From: Mobula hypostoma
Taxonomy: Eukaryota
DNA: 64,000 bases
Reading direction: 5' to 3'
NCBI RefSeq assembly: GCF_963921235.1
Contig: NC_086097.1
Coordinates: 177,570,001 to 177,634,000, forward strand
The position numbers and the translations under genes were made by a program. Positions 24,631-37,554 of this stretch are shown here, in pieces. The stretch's first letter is position 1. Each line of letters opens with the position of its first letter. The notes beneath the pieces were generated by a model. It saw nothing but the letters and a program-made list of their open reading frames with translations. It was not told where the DNA came from and searched no databases.

Positions 24631-27129
24631 TTTTTGCTGTTGGCTTTATTTTGTGAACATATCTGAAGAATTTTACATTTATCATTTTACAGCCTCATTG
24701 TTGCTTCTAGAATGTGGAACAAAGTGAAAGATCTACTGTGTGACCAGAAGACCAACATAGAGGGTGAATAAGCTGTAAATATGACTTAGTATTGTCACAC
24801 GTGCCAGGGTACAGTCAAAAGCTTTGTTCTGCATGCCATCCATCTGGATCACTTCATCACAATGCATTGAGGTAGTCAAGGGAAAAACAATAACAGAATT
24901 CAGAATAAAGTGTGACATTTACAGAGAAAGTGCAGTGCAGACAGACAATAAGCTGCAAGGCCATAACGAAGTAGATTGTGAGGTCAAGTCCATCTTATCA
25001 TATGGACCATTTAATAGTCTCTGGACAGCAGGATAGAAGCTGTCTTTGATCCTTGTACCTTCACACTTTCATATCTTCTGCCCAATGGGGTGGGGGGGGG
25101 AGAAGACAAAATGGAAGAGGCAAAATGAAGGATTTAAGAAGGAGGCAACGTGGAAAGGGGAGGTGCATAAAAGTTGTGATCAGTTCAGGAGTGTGATAGC
25201 AGCGGGGAAGTAATTGTTCTGGAATCTTGTCTTTCAATCACCTGCATCTTCTGCTGGAAGGTAGAGAGAAAAGGGAATGGCCAGGGTAGCAGGCTTCCTC
25301 ACTGATTCCTCACCGGATGAAAAAGGACTGGGTGGAAGGATGTGACAGGCCTGTGATAGGAAGGGCAGTGCTTTAACACTCTGAAGGTCCTGTCAGTCCA
25401 GAGCAGAGTAGTTGTCACACCAGGCTGAGATGCAACCTGTCAGGATGCTGTCTATAATGTTTCTGTATAGAGATTTGTTCGAAAGAATTCTTGTGGACTT
25501 GTCAAATCTTTTCAACATGGAGGGTCCAGGTGAGATTGCTGGTGATGTGGATGCCAAGGAACTTGAATCTGTTGACCATCTCTACAGCTGCTCCTTCCAT
25601 GAGTACATGGTTTTGGTCAGCCCTCCCCCACCCTCCACTTCCGAGTCAACAAGCAGCTCTTCTGTCCTGCTGATTGCTGCTCGGATGCCATAACACACAG
25701 TTTGCCATCTCTTTCCTGTGCTCAATCTCACGTTGTTAAAGATAGAGTTGGTGCTGTATCCAGCCGCACAGAGTAGAGCAGGGACTGCCCAGACAACCCT
25801 GGGGAGTGGGGTGGATGAAATGCTATGACCAGTGCAAGACGGCAGTCGGCCAGTTGCAGATAAGGGCCCCAAGACCAAGGTCCTGGGTGTTGAGGTGAGT
25901 TTATTTTAATACTGGAATTGATTTATTATTGTCACACATACAGTGAAAAGCTTGTCTTGCATGCTTTCATTCAGGTCAGATCATTACACGGTGCACTGAG
26001 CATAGAACAAGTTAAATACAGTATAGCAGCCACAGAAAAGGTACAGCTTACACAGTGAAAGTTCATAATACAGTAGGTTGAGGTCAAGAGTCCATCTTGA
26101 ATAGAATCTATCCTTGGACTTGGTGATATGTGCTTTCAGGCTTTTGTATCTTCTGCTTGGTGGGATGGGGAGAGAAGAGAGAATGTCCTGGATGGACGGG
26201 GTCTTTGATTTTGCTGTCTACTGAGGCAGTGAGAAGTGTAAACAGAGTCCATAGAGTGGAAGCTAGTTCCTATCTTGATCGGAGCTGTGCCCACAACTCT
26301 GCAGCTTCTTGTGGTTATGTGCAGAGCATTTGCTATACCAAGCCGTGCTGCTAATACCAAGCTTATTTTGTGCTGTGGTGATGAAGGCTGAGCTACACTC
26401 AGTGAATAGCAAGGTTATCCAGCACTGAATGCAGTGCACGAGAGATCTCCATTGACATGGATGATGTGGAATGCTAGTAATTCCATACATTGAACAAGAA
26501 CGTTAAAAACTGGCAAATGCGATTTTTTAAAAGAGATTACAAATAAAAAAAAATCTAGGTGCTGAAAATTTGAATTAAATCAAATTTAATGCAAATACTT
26601 TGCAGTACAGGCAGTATCTGGGAGAGTGAGGAGTTATCAATGATCAAGAACGGACTTCCTTTCTCTAAAGATGCCTGTTGATTATCTACAATATTTCCTG
26701 TTTTTACTTCGAAAAGGAATTGGATTGATGTTTGAGAGGAACATTCTGTGCTGATCTAGCCCATAGGAAGGATATGATTATGCTGGAGAGAATGCAGAGG
26801 ATATTGATTGGATTAGGGTTCTTGAGTTACGAGGAGAGAATGGATAGGCTGGGTTTGTTTTCCCTGTAATGAAGAGGTCTGAGGTATGACCTGATAGAGG
26901 TATAATTATGGGAGGCATTGATTCTCGTCATTGTTTTGCTGATTGTCAAGGGAGAATCAGAAACGAGGGCGTAGACTTAAAGTGAAAGGATCCGAGTGGC
27001 AAGATTTTTTTACACAGGTAGTAATTAATATGTGGAACTCACTGCAAGAGGAGGTGTGGAATCAGACATGATTATTGTGTTTAAGGGACAAATACACAAT
27101 GCAAGCTATAGAAGGGGACAGCCCTCCTG

Positions 27130-27620
27130 TGCCCCCAATGCAGCCTCCTCTACAGTGGTGAAACCCAATACAGACTAGGGGGCCACTTCTTGGGCACCTT
27201 CACGCTGTCTGCCACAAAAGGCAGTGGCTACCCATATTAATTCAACTTCCCATTTCCAATCTGACTAGTCTGTCCACTGCCTTCTCTACTGACATGATGA
27301 AGAAAAACTCAGGTTGGAGAAGTTGACACTTCTGGATAGCTTTCAATCTGATGGCATGAACATTGATTTCTCTAACTTCCAGTAATTGCTAACCCCTCCT
27401 TCTGCCCTTTTTCCATTCCCCGTTCTGGTTACCCTTTCAATCCATCTCTTTTCCTCACTTGACCATTACCTTCCTCTGGTTCCTCATTTCCTTCCTTCCA
27501 TAGTCCACTTCCACTGTCCCTTCCTATTAGATGAAGGGTCTCGGCCTGAAATGTGTTTATTCCCTCTGTAGCTGTTGCCTAACCTGCTGAGTTCCACCAG
27601 TATTTTGTGTGTGTGTGTGG
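27130..27620 (+). mobile_element. Penelope-like element 3' part (GIY-YIG remnant and terminal repeat)
   Basis: Translates to C-S-L-L-Y-x-G-E-T..R-L-G..F..H, followed by PDGMNIDFS-like codons, a pyrimidine-rich UTR and a decayed GATGAAGGGTCTCGGCCTGAAA motif. Confidence 0.65.
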
Positions 27621-27984
27621 CCTAATATGGGCAAATGAGATTAGTTGATGGGTAAAAAGCTCAGCATGGATGTGATGGGCTGAAGGGCCTGTTTCTGTGC
27701 TGCACTCTGCAATAATAAGCAATCTATTGGGAGAGAGCAGGGGGTGAAAACTGTTGGAACTCCTCTGCAGGGAGCTGGCACTGTCCTGATGGGCAAATAG
27801 TATCCTGAGTTATTTAGACTTCTAGCAGCTAGAGAACAAAGTACCAATTTAATGGCATGGCCCCCACAGCATGGAGCAGTGCAGCACAATATAAGCCCCT
27901 TGGCCCACGATGTGCTGACCATTTTACCCACTCTATCCCCTCTTTGTCAATCATCCGTATGTCCTATTGTCACAATATGTCAAC

Positions 27985-29042
27985 AGTGGACTTGCATCAG
28001 GCTGCTGTTTATTCACTACAGCTCAGTGTTCAACATAATCATACCCTCAGTTTTAATCTAAAAGCTCCAAAACTTAGTCCTCTGTACCTCCCTCTGCAAC
28101 TGGATCCTTTGACTTCCTCACCAGGAGGACAGGGTGCAGATTGGAAACATTATCTCCTCCTCACTGATGATCAACATTAGTGCACCTCAAGGGTGTGTGC
28201 TTAGCCCACTGCTCTACTCTCTCTACATCCACGACTGTGTGGCTAGGCACAGATCAAACACCATCTATAAATTTGATACAACTATTGTGAGAGTTTCAGA
28301 TGGAGACAAGGAGGCATACAGGAGTGAAATAGTGAGATAGATCAGCTGGTTGGTGTTGCAGCAACAGCCAGCCATGCGCTCAGTGTCAGTAAGACTAAGG
28401 AATTGAATGTCGACTTCAGGAAGGGTAAGTTGAGAGAACACACACTAGTAGTCATCAAGGGAGCAGAAGTGGAAAGGGTGAGCAGTTTGAAGTTCTTGGG
28501 TCTCAACATGCTGATACAATTACAAACAAGACATGACAGCAGCTATATTTCATTAGGAGTTTGAGGAGAACTAGAATGTCACCAAAGGCACTCGCAAATT
28601 TCTACAGATGTACCGTGGAGAGCATTTTAACTGGCTGCATCACAGTCTGGTGGGGGGGGGGGGGGCACTGCATGGGATCAAAATCAGCTGCAGGAAATGG
28701 TAAACTCAGCTCTATCATGGGCACTAGCCTCCCCAGCACCCATCATTTCGAACCCTCATCACCTAGGTCATGCCCTCTTATTGTTACCATCAAGGAGGAT
28801 GTGCAGGAGTCTGAAGACACCAACTTTTCAGGAACAGCTTCTTCTCTACCATCAGACTTCTGAATGGACTGAACCCATGAACACTTAATTCGTATTTTTC
28901 CTCATCATTTTTTTACACTACTTGCACTAATTTGTTGTATATACTTATTGTAATTTATAATTTTTATGATAATGTATTGCATTGTACTGCTGCCACAAAA
29001 CAAATCTCACAACATATTCTGGTGGAATTAAACCTGATTCTA
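27985..29042 (+). mobile_element. Degenerate Rex/Babar-like LINE, RT to 3' end
   Basis: APQGCVLSPLLYSLY, KTKE and NFYRCTVESILTGCITVW; tail AAACCTGATTCT. Confidence 0.75.
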
Positions 29043-29554
29043 AGTGTCCCCTTAAGGTCCCTAATTTATCAGCCTCTACCACCAACATCAGCAGCATGTT
29101 CCAGACACTGGAAAATGCACAAAAATCAGAATCAGGTCTATTATCACTTAAATATGTTGTGAAGTTACTTGTTTTACAGTACAGTGCAAGCAAAATTTAC
29201 TGTTCAATGGTGAGGGTCCTTAGTGATGCTTGCCAATTTTTAGAGGCACTAGCTTTTGAAGATGTTCACAGTGGTAGGGTAGTTGTGCCCATTATGGAAC
29301 TGGCTGGGTCTACAGTCTTGTGATTCTGCGTACTCGATATTCAAGGCACACCTCCACAGTTTTGCTATCAGAAAGGCATGATTGATAGAAAGTACAATAA
29401 CCAAAAATGGACATGGGAAAGTAGTTTCCTTTGAATTCAATAATATGGGAGCTCATTCATGTGTTTAGCTGTTTATAGATTGGTTGTTCATAACGGAGGG
29501 ACAGTTTGCAGTACTATTTGCTCAATTTGGAACCCAATCATCCTCTGCCTTATC

Positions 29555-30342
29555 TTTGGGTGGCAAAAATAGGAAAACAGATTATTATCTGAATGGTGGC
29601 CGATTAGGAAAAGGGGAGGTGCAACGAGACCTGGGTGTCATTATACACCAGTCATTGAAAGTGGGCATGCAGGTACAGCAGGCGGTGAAAAAGGCGAATG
29701 GTATGCTGGCATTTATAGCGAGAGGATTCGAGTACAGGAGCAGGGACGTACTACTGCAGTTGTACAACGCCTTGGTGAGACCACGCCTGGAGGATTGTGT
29801 GCAGTTTTGGTCCCCTAATCTGAGGAAAGACATCTTTGCCATAGAGGGAGTACAAAGAAGGTTCACCAGATTGATTCCTGGGATGGCGGGACTTCCATAC
29901 GAAGAAAGACTGGATGAATTGGGCTTGTACTCGTTGGAATTTAGAAGATTGAGGGGGGATCTGATTGAAACGTATAAGATCCTAAAGGGATTGGACAGGC
30001 TAGATGCAGGAAGATTGTTCCCGATGTTGGGGAAGTCCAGAACGAGGGGTCACAGTTTGAGGATAGAGGGGAAGCCTTTTAGGACCGAGATTAGGAAAAA
30101 CTTCTTCACACAGAGTGGTGAATCTGTGGAATTCTCTGCCACAGGAAACAGTTGAGGCCAGTTCATTGGCTGTATTTAAGAGGGAGTTAGATATGGCCCT
30201 TGTGGCTACGGGGGCTAGGGGGTATGGAGGGAAGGCTGGGGCGGGGTTCTGAGTTGGATGATCAACCATGATCATAATAAATGGCGGTGCAGGCTCGAAG
30301 GGCCGAATGGCCTACTCCTGCACCTATTTTCTATGTTTCTAT
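29555..30342 (+). mobile_element. Young 5'-truncated CR1 LINE
   Basis: About 185 open codons (QRDLGV, VRPRLEDCVQFWSP, EGVQRRF, RGDLIETYK), one small frameshift near 30110, and a (TTTCTATG) tail. Confidence 0.9.
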
Positions 30343-30384
30343 TTACTGTCTATAGTTGTCCAAATGCATCTTGAACTATTATTT

Positions 30385-30610
30385 ATTTTTTAGTTAGAGA
30401 TAAGCATGGTTATGGGTCTTTCCAGCACAAGGAGCCTCCACTGCCCAATAGCACCCACATGATGATTAACCTGCACCTTTGGAATGTAGGAGGAAACCCA
30501 CGCAGCAGTGGAGAGAATATGCAGACTTCCAGACAGTGGAATTGAACCGAGAAACCTGGTTTCTGGCACTGTAATAGCCTTACACTAATGGCTACACTGT
30601 CATGCTCCCC
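30385..30610 (-). mobile_element. V-domain SINE, minus strand
   Basis: Reverse-complement V domain (GGAGGAAACCCACGCAG..GAGAATATGCAGACTTCC) and a tRNA-like head near 30540-30605. Confidence 0.6.
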
Positions 30611-31257
30611 TCCTGCTTTTTCACCACCCCTCTGGCAGGGAGTTCCCAATGTCAATCATTAGCCTAGCCTCAAATCCAGGAACACCCTGGTGAATCTCCT
30701 CTGCAATCTCTCCAACACAATCACACCTTAGCATAGAATAGTACAGCACAGGAACAGCACCTTTGGGCCCACATATCTGTGTCAAGACCGGTGCTGGAAC
30801 TAACCCCTTTTTCCTGTACGTGATCCATATCTCTCCATTCTCTGCATATTTATGTGCCTGTCTTAATGGCCTCTCAAACACCACAAACCTGGTAGTAGAC
30901 GCCTGTTCCAGACACTCCCTATATTAAAAAAATGTCCCACACATCTCCTTTAAGCATTCACCTTCTCATCTTAAATTAATGTCCTTGGATTTTACTTTTC
31001 TGCTTTGGAGGAAAAAGATTCTAATTCTGACTCTCTACCCTGTTCCTGCCTCTCATAATAGTATTTTCTAGTCTCCCATCAGCCTCCAGCACTCAGGCAG
31101 AAACTACCCAAGTTTGTCCAACCCCTCTTATAGTTTCTACCCTCTAATCCAGGCAGCATCAAACCTCTTCTGCACTCTCTCCAAACCTCCACATTCTTCC
31201 TGTAATAGGGCAACCCAGAACAGCACAAAATACTCCACATGCGGCCTAACCAAGTTT

Positions 31258-31824
31258 CATCATCATCATCAGGTGCCGTGCCCAGTTTGAGATTTGACTG
31301 CCATGGCCCACATACTCCTGTTTCGGGTCAAGTGGATCAATTCATTGGTATTCATTTCCAGTTCCCTCGCTGCTGTCTCCATCATCATTTGTCTTTGTCT
31401 TCCTCTTGTTTTCTTCCTTTCAATCATTCCTATAATTATCGTACATTCTAACTCCTCTTTCCTAATCACATGTCCAATGAAGTTGCGTTGCCTTTTCATG
31501 ATCTCATACATTATTTCTCTTTTTGTGTTTGCTCTGTTCATGACATCCTCATTAGATATTCATTTTGTCCATGATATTCTTTGCATCCTCCTCAAAAACC
31601 ACATCTCTGCTGCTTCAATTCGTTTCCTCATATTACTAGATATTGTCCAACATTCTGAGCCATATAACATAACTGGATAAATGTAACAATTCAGTACTCT
31701 GAGGCGGGTTGTCATGCCTAGTTTACTCTTCATTCTCGTAAAGGTGTCTTTTGCCATCCCTATTCTTCTTTTGATGTCCATGTCACACCCGCCATCTGAT
31801 GTCACCCAGCTTCCTAAGTAGCAA
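31258..31824 (-). mobile_element. 5'-truncated RTE-clade LINE (second RTE family) nested in an antisense CR1
   Basis: YLGSWVTSDG, YPVMLYGSECWT, RIEAAEMWFLRRM, GHVIRKEELE, RGRQR; (GAT)n tail; AAGTTT on both flanks. Confidence 0.85.
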
Positions 31825-33489
31825 AAGTTTTATAGAACTGCAAAAAGATTTGCTCATACTCAACCCTTGACCAGTGAAGTCAAGCATGCCGTAAGCCTAC
31901 TCTCTCACCCGATTACGTGCGTGGCTATTTTCAGGGGACTATGGAGTTGGATTCCCGAAATCCTGTTGTACATCAGTACTGTTAATGGTCCTACCATTAA
32001 ATGAATACATCCCCCACTCTTCACCTTCCAAGATGCAATACCTCACACTTGCTCAGATTGACCTGCCATCTACCATTTCTCTGCCCTTGCCTTCAGCTGA
32101 CAGTCCTCGACACTGTCCACAGCACTACTAGACTTTGCGTTGTGTGAAGAAATCTATTTGTTTTTCTGTTCTTCTGTGTGATGGATTCCCATGTCCATCT
32201 GCCCTCACCCCAAACAGCAGTTCAACATCTGTAGTGAAGTACAATAGCTGGGACAAGCTGATGGAATTTCTCCCCCCAGCAAATATGCTTCACACCATGA
32301 GCTTCTTATCAAGAGGTTGTGCTTGTAAGTTGTAGTGTTAATGGAAGGAGCTATATGGATGGCATCTCCCTGCTGTAATAGCTCAGCTGTCAGGTTGAAT
32401 TTACTATATCGGATGCTGGATGATGTGAGTCACAGAACCTTTCATAACTATGTTGAAAGCAGGTATCAATCAATGCAACAAAGTCCACTCAACGTGTTTT
32501 TAAAGAGTTGTAAATATCAGAATGTATTTCCAGGAAAGAGTCTGCTCAAACACTCTACAAAAGGTCAGATGGTAGTAAAGGAATATTGTTTCTCTGCAAC
32601 CTTCCACTTTTACTGGACGGCAATGAAATATTTCCAAAGCACCATCAACCTGCCAAAGGACTCCACCTTGTATTCTTCATACCATTCTTCAGTAAAGAAG
32701 TATGCACTGAACCCATCTGCCTGCAAATGATGCATATCCATACATATGTGTCTATCTAACTGCTTCATGAATGCCACTATCATATTTGTTTCCACAGCTG
32801 CCCCCAGGAGCCTGTTCCAGGCACCCACAGTGTAAAGAAAAAAAGCCCCACACACCCCCTTTAAACTTTATCTCTCTCACCATCAACATAGAAACCCTAT
32901 AGCACAATACAGGCTATTCAGCCCACAATGCTGTACTGAACATGTACTTACTTTAGAAATTACCTAGGGTTACCCACAGCTCTTATTTTTCAAAGCTCCA
33001 TGTATCTACCCAAGCGTCTCTTAAAAGACCCTATTGTATCCACTGAAGCTGTGGCCTCCAGCATTAAAGGTAACCATTCTGTGTGAATACCTCATCATGA
33101 AGCACTGTCTTTTGAAGATGTCCTCGATGGAGGGGCAGCAAGTGCCCATGTTGGAGCTGGCTAAGTCTACAAACCTCTGCAGCTTTTCTCGATCCTGTGC
33201 ATTGGACTATTGGAGCCTCCAAACCAGACTGGGACGCAACCAGTCAGAATGCTCTCCACAGTACATCTGGAAATTTGCTGGTGGGGAGTCTCCTCATCAT
33301 AGCTGGGAAAGTGAGAAAGTTAGCTTTAATTTTAGGGTGGATGGGAGAACAATGGATGTCTCTAACCCTGAAGTTGATGGAGCCATCTGGTTGTGAGATT
33401 AATGAATGCATTGGGAAGGAGAGGCAGGAAGCAATGACTACAGGGGTTTGTGACTCTGGATGATTGGAAAGTAAGAGGTGAATGATCTT

Positions 33490-33960
33490 CTACCACCCCA
33501 GAAGCCAAGCAGTCTTTCCAGGTGAAGCAGTGATTCACTTGTGCCAGTGAGTCTGTTCTCTGACACTGGAGAAACCAAACATGGGATAGGTGCTCTCGTT
33601 GCAGAACCACTTGCAGAAGTGGCCCTGAGCTCCCCATCATCTGTCACTTTAATTCTCTGTCCTTCTCCCACTTTGTTGGCTGGTGGTGTAGTGGTATCTG
33701 CACCAGACTTCAAGGTGAGTGGTCCCAGTTTAAATCCAGTCGGCTCTTTGAATGTTCTCCATCCGTGCTGGGTTGAGCATCGAGTTAGCAACTCAGCCTC
33801 GTGGGGAAAAAACAGATAAAAGTGCTAAAGAAATGGTCAGGATGCCTCCTGATGAGCCACAAGGCACTGAAGTGAATAACCACTCCCACTTTGACCTATC
33901 AGTCTATGACCTTCTGCCCTGGTACAGTTGTCCATTTCAAGCCTGAGGACAGAAGCTCAT
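33490..33960 (+). mobile_element. Degenerate Penelope-like GIY-YIG fragment, interrupted by a SINE
   Basis: KQSFQVKQ-F-C..TGETKH.IG...EPL remnants, and a CACTTTAATTC motif resembling those near 27235 and 37720. Confidence 0.55.
33676..33882 (+). mobile_element. tRNA-derived SINE with 11-bp TSD
   Basis: CTCCCACTTTG at 33665-33675 and 33883-33893; A box GGTGTAGTGG and a degenerate B box GTTTAAATCC. Confidence 0.8.
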
Positions 33961-33974
33961 CTTCTGTTTGAACA

Positions 33975-34400
33975 TTCTCTCCCACGTACCCTCTCGCACC
34001 TTCTTACACTTACTCACTCTCACTCCACATTGTTCTCCACATTCTGTCTCTCCCTCTTGTCTCTCTCTCTATTTATCCATCTCCCCCCTCCCCATGATTC
34101 TTTTCTTCTCTCTTTCCCCACACACACTTTTTCCATCTCTCACTACCTCTTCTTTCTCTCTCTAATTTTATTTCTACCTTTTGCTTTCTCCATCCCTCTC
34201 TCCCTCTCCTTCTCTCTTTCACTAATTTTCTCTCTCTCTTTCTATCACTATCTTTCTCCCTATCTGTCCTTCTCTGTATCCCTCCCACTCTACCACTTTC
34301 TGTCCCCATCTATTACTGCTATTCCTCTCTCTATCCCTATCACTCTGTTTCTCTGCCTACAACACACTTCTTCCCCTACTCTCCCTTTCACACACTTTCA
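33975..34400. repeat. CT-rich low-complexity tract
   Basis: Degenerate (CT)n/(CTTT)n with very few G. Confidence 0.9.
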
Positions 34401-34944
34401 CTCATCACAATCCTTGATGATCGCTTACTTTAAAGTAAATTGAATTTGTTGCAGTCCTATTTACAACGTGCAGCATATTGTATAACTTTTCCTCGAGACT
34501 AGTGACACGCAGGATTTCGAATAAGATGGGTATCACTGGGGGAAATTCTCTGAGGAGGTGGCAGACTTAGAGTCTTGCTGCGCTGTTAATATTCAGATAC
34601 TTAAAAGAAAGATTAGCAGAAATTCACTGTGAAATCATGAATGTCTCAAAGGGCTATGTTTTATCATGAAGGTGGAGGCTGACAATGCTGGAGAATGATT
34701 TTTTTAAACCCAAGTGCAACCAGTAACTGGCTAAGTGTTGCCTGGCCGTTTGGGAATTTCAAACACTGCCTTAATACCTTGGCCTTGAGCCAACTTCAGA
34801 GAACATCCAGCCACCGTGTTAGGCAGTTATGTCCTTGTCGTCCGTGACCTCCGCCAGCTGTGTTGAAGAGCTGGGTTTGTGGTGATTGCCTAATACAGGA
34901 CTATTGATTGTTGGAAATCAAGGACATCAGCATGAGAAGCACGT

Positions 34945-35575
34945 GCATTTCTCCATCTCTCCCTCATCCCGGGGGATCTCTTACCAGCCCCCTCACTCTG
35001 CATGAATTACTCCCCTCCTGTGAAGCCTCACTTGCATTCTTTTCTCTTCCACATATTTACTCCAGGGTCTTCCTCACTTCTTCTCTGTCTCTCTCAATTT
35101 CTGCATCCACCCTCCAACCTTTCTCAGCCATTCTCCTTATCACTTTGTTCCTTCCCTCTCTCCATCTCTTCTACCTCCTACTCTCCTAGATTTTCTCCTA
35201 CTCTATGACCTTCATTCTCATTGTTTTCACCCTCTCTTTCCCTCCCCTTCTTCCTCCTCCCTCCTTGCTGCCTTGCCCTCTCAATGACTCTCACTCTTTC
35301 GCTTTCCACCTCTCTCTTCCCTGGCCATCTTTCCTCTTTCTCTCCCTCTGTTTCCCAGTTTCTACATTCTTTCTTTCCGTGGTCACTATCCCTCTCTCAC
35401 TTCCTGACTCTACTTCTCTCTGTCCTCTTTCTCGATCACTCCTCTTTCTTTCCTAGCCTCTATATTACCCCACTCACTCAATCTCCCACTTCTTCTCACT
35501 GTCTCAGTCTGTCTCACTTTCACTCTGTCTTACCCTCACTCTCACTTTCTCACACATTCCACCTCATTCTGCCAA
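34945..35575. repeat. CT-rich low-complexity tract
   Basis: Degenerate (CT)n/(CCT)n with very few G. Confidence 0.9.
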
Positions 35576-36785
35576 TCAATGAATGAATGCACTTTTTAAT
35601 CATTTCTTACACTGACAATTGGCAGTGAATGCACACTTCAACTACAGTTTGGAACTTGGATACAACTGGGCTGTTTTCTCAGGGGCATCGGAGGCTGAGA
35701 GAAGACCTGATAGAAGTTTATAAAATTGAGAGGCATAGACAGAGTCTCACTCAGGAGAGAAATGTCAAGTTCGAGGGGACACGTATTTAAGGTGAGAGGG
35801 AGAATGTCTGTGGGGTAAGTTGCACAGTGAGTACTGAATGCCTGGAATGGGCTGCTGGAGCCCAAGCCCATGAACATCAGTGAATCTGCTGGAGGATGAA
35901 GGTGACAGTCTGTCCAGGGTTTAGGGCGCTGTGTATGAGCGTGGGTGTGAGGGACGGATGGGGCTTGATTTGCTTTGTCACTTGGTATGTTCTGTTTTGT
36001 TGTGTTCTGTGTCGTTCTGCCGAGCATGGTGGGTATTCCATGTTGGCGCCAGAATGTGTGGCGACACTTGCCGGCTGCCCCCAGCACATCCGTAGCCATG
36101 TTGGTTGTTAACAAAAATGATGCATTTCACTGTATGCTTTGATGTACATGTGATACATCTGAATCTGGTGGTGGGGGCAGATATAGTAGCGGCTTTAGGG
36201 TTATGGATTATATGCAGGCAGAAGATATCAGTTTAATTTGGCACAGACTGAAGGACCTGCTCCTGCACTGTATTGTTATATGTTCCAATTGTGTAACAGG
36301 TCCATACTCCTGTAAGGTTGGTTTATAACACAGTATTTTTGCATTAACAATACTCCACAGTGTATCTGTGAGGTCACCTGGGCAGTTCAGTGAAAAAATC
36401 TCATTGGTAAAATTTTATCATCAGTTGAATGTTATCCCTAAGGTAGGAATCAACCACCACCACATTTCACGGTGAAGTGGAAACATGTTTTTCAGTTCAC
36501 AAACACAGGAAGTCACAGAAAGAGGCCATTCCGCTCTTGGAGTCCGTACTAGTTCAGTGCAAGAGACATTGCATCCCCTGCCCTCTCCCATGTCTGCAAG
36601 ATCCCTCCTTCCAGCCCAGTCATAGTCATACAGGCCCGTCCACCCCTGCCCAGCTGTCTTTTTAATGACAATGTGTCTGACTCAACCACTTCCTCTGGCA
36701 GCTCGTTCCGTACACAGATCAAAAAGGTTGTCCCTCAGGTTCCTATTAAATCTCTCTACTCTCTTCTTAAACCTACGTTAAACCT

Positions 36786-37292
36786 GGTCGCCTCACTATC
36801 GGAAGGATGTGGAAGCATTGGAAAGGATACAGAGGAGATTTACCAGAATGCTGCCTGGTTTAGAGAGTATGCATTATGATCAGAGATTAAGGGAGCTAGG
36901 GCTTTACTCTTTGGAGAGAAGGAGGATGAGAGGAGACATGATAGAGGTGTACAAGATAATGAGAGGAATAGATAGAGTGGATAGCCAGCGCCTCTTCTCC
37001 AGGGCACCACTGCTCAGTACAAGAGGACATGGCTTTAAGGTAAGGGGTGGGAAGTTCAAGCGGGATATTAGAGGAAGGTTTTTTACTCAGAGAGTGGTTG
37101 GTGCATGGAATGCACTGCCTGAGTCAGTGGTGGAGGCAGATACACTAGTGAAGTTTAAGAGACTACTAGACAGGTATATGGACGAATTTAAGGTAGGGGC
37201 TTATATGGGAGGCAGGGTTTGAGGGTCGGCACAACATTGTGGGCCGAAGGGCCTGTACTGTGCTGTACTATTCTATGTTCTATGTTCTATGT
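36786..37292 (+). mobile_element. Young 5'-truncated CR1 LINE nested in an antisense CR1 remnant
   Basis: Intact ORF2 C-terminus (LERIQRRFTRMLPG..RGDMIEVYK..FFTQRVVGAWNALP) and a (TTCTATG)n tail. Confidence 0.9.
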
Positions 37293-37554
37293 CCTCTAGT
37301 TCTTGATTCCTCAACCCTGCAGAAACAGCAATGTGCATTAATACCATTTATGTCCTCATTCTCCAATGCTCCAATAAAAAAGTTTCCTCTAGTCCTTTAT
37401 AAATCTATACACTCTTGGTAAACTGGTAAATATTGTCACACGTACTGAGGTACATGAAAAACTTGGTTCTGTATCCCATCCATACAGATCATTTCATCAC
37501 ATCAGTATATTGTACTAGTACGAAGGTAAATCAATAACAGAGTGCAGAATCATA

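Noticed and set aside
33676..33750. tRNA-like sequences here and at 48310-48378 and 51605-51680 as tRNA genes
   Set aside because: The cloverleaves are degenerate and attached to SINE bodies with tails or TSDs.
34760..34772. Minus-strand AGGCAGTGT, like the miR-34/449 5' end
   Set aside because: Only ~9 nt match, and the hairpin depends on + strand G-U pairs.
34865..34880. GAAGAGCTGGGTTTGT resembles telomerase RNA P6.1
   Set aside because: No CTAACCCT template or pseudoknot is present upstream, and the P6.1 pairing is poor.
33928..35586. Leu/Ser/Phe-rich ORFs resembling membrane proteins
   Set aside because: These are artefacts of CT-rich sequence lacking stop codons. The same applies to 11877-12284 and the distal part of 37646-38167.
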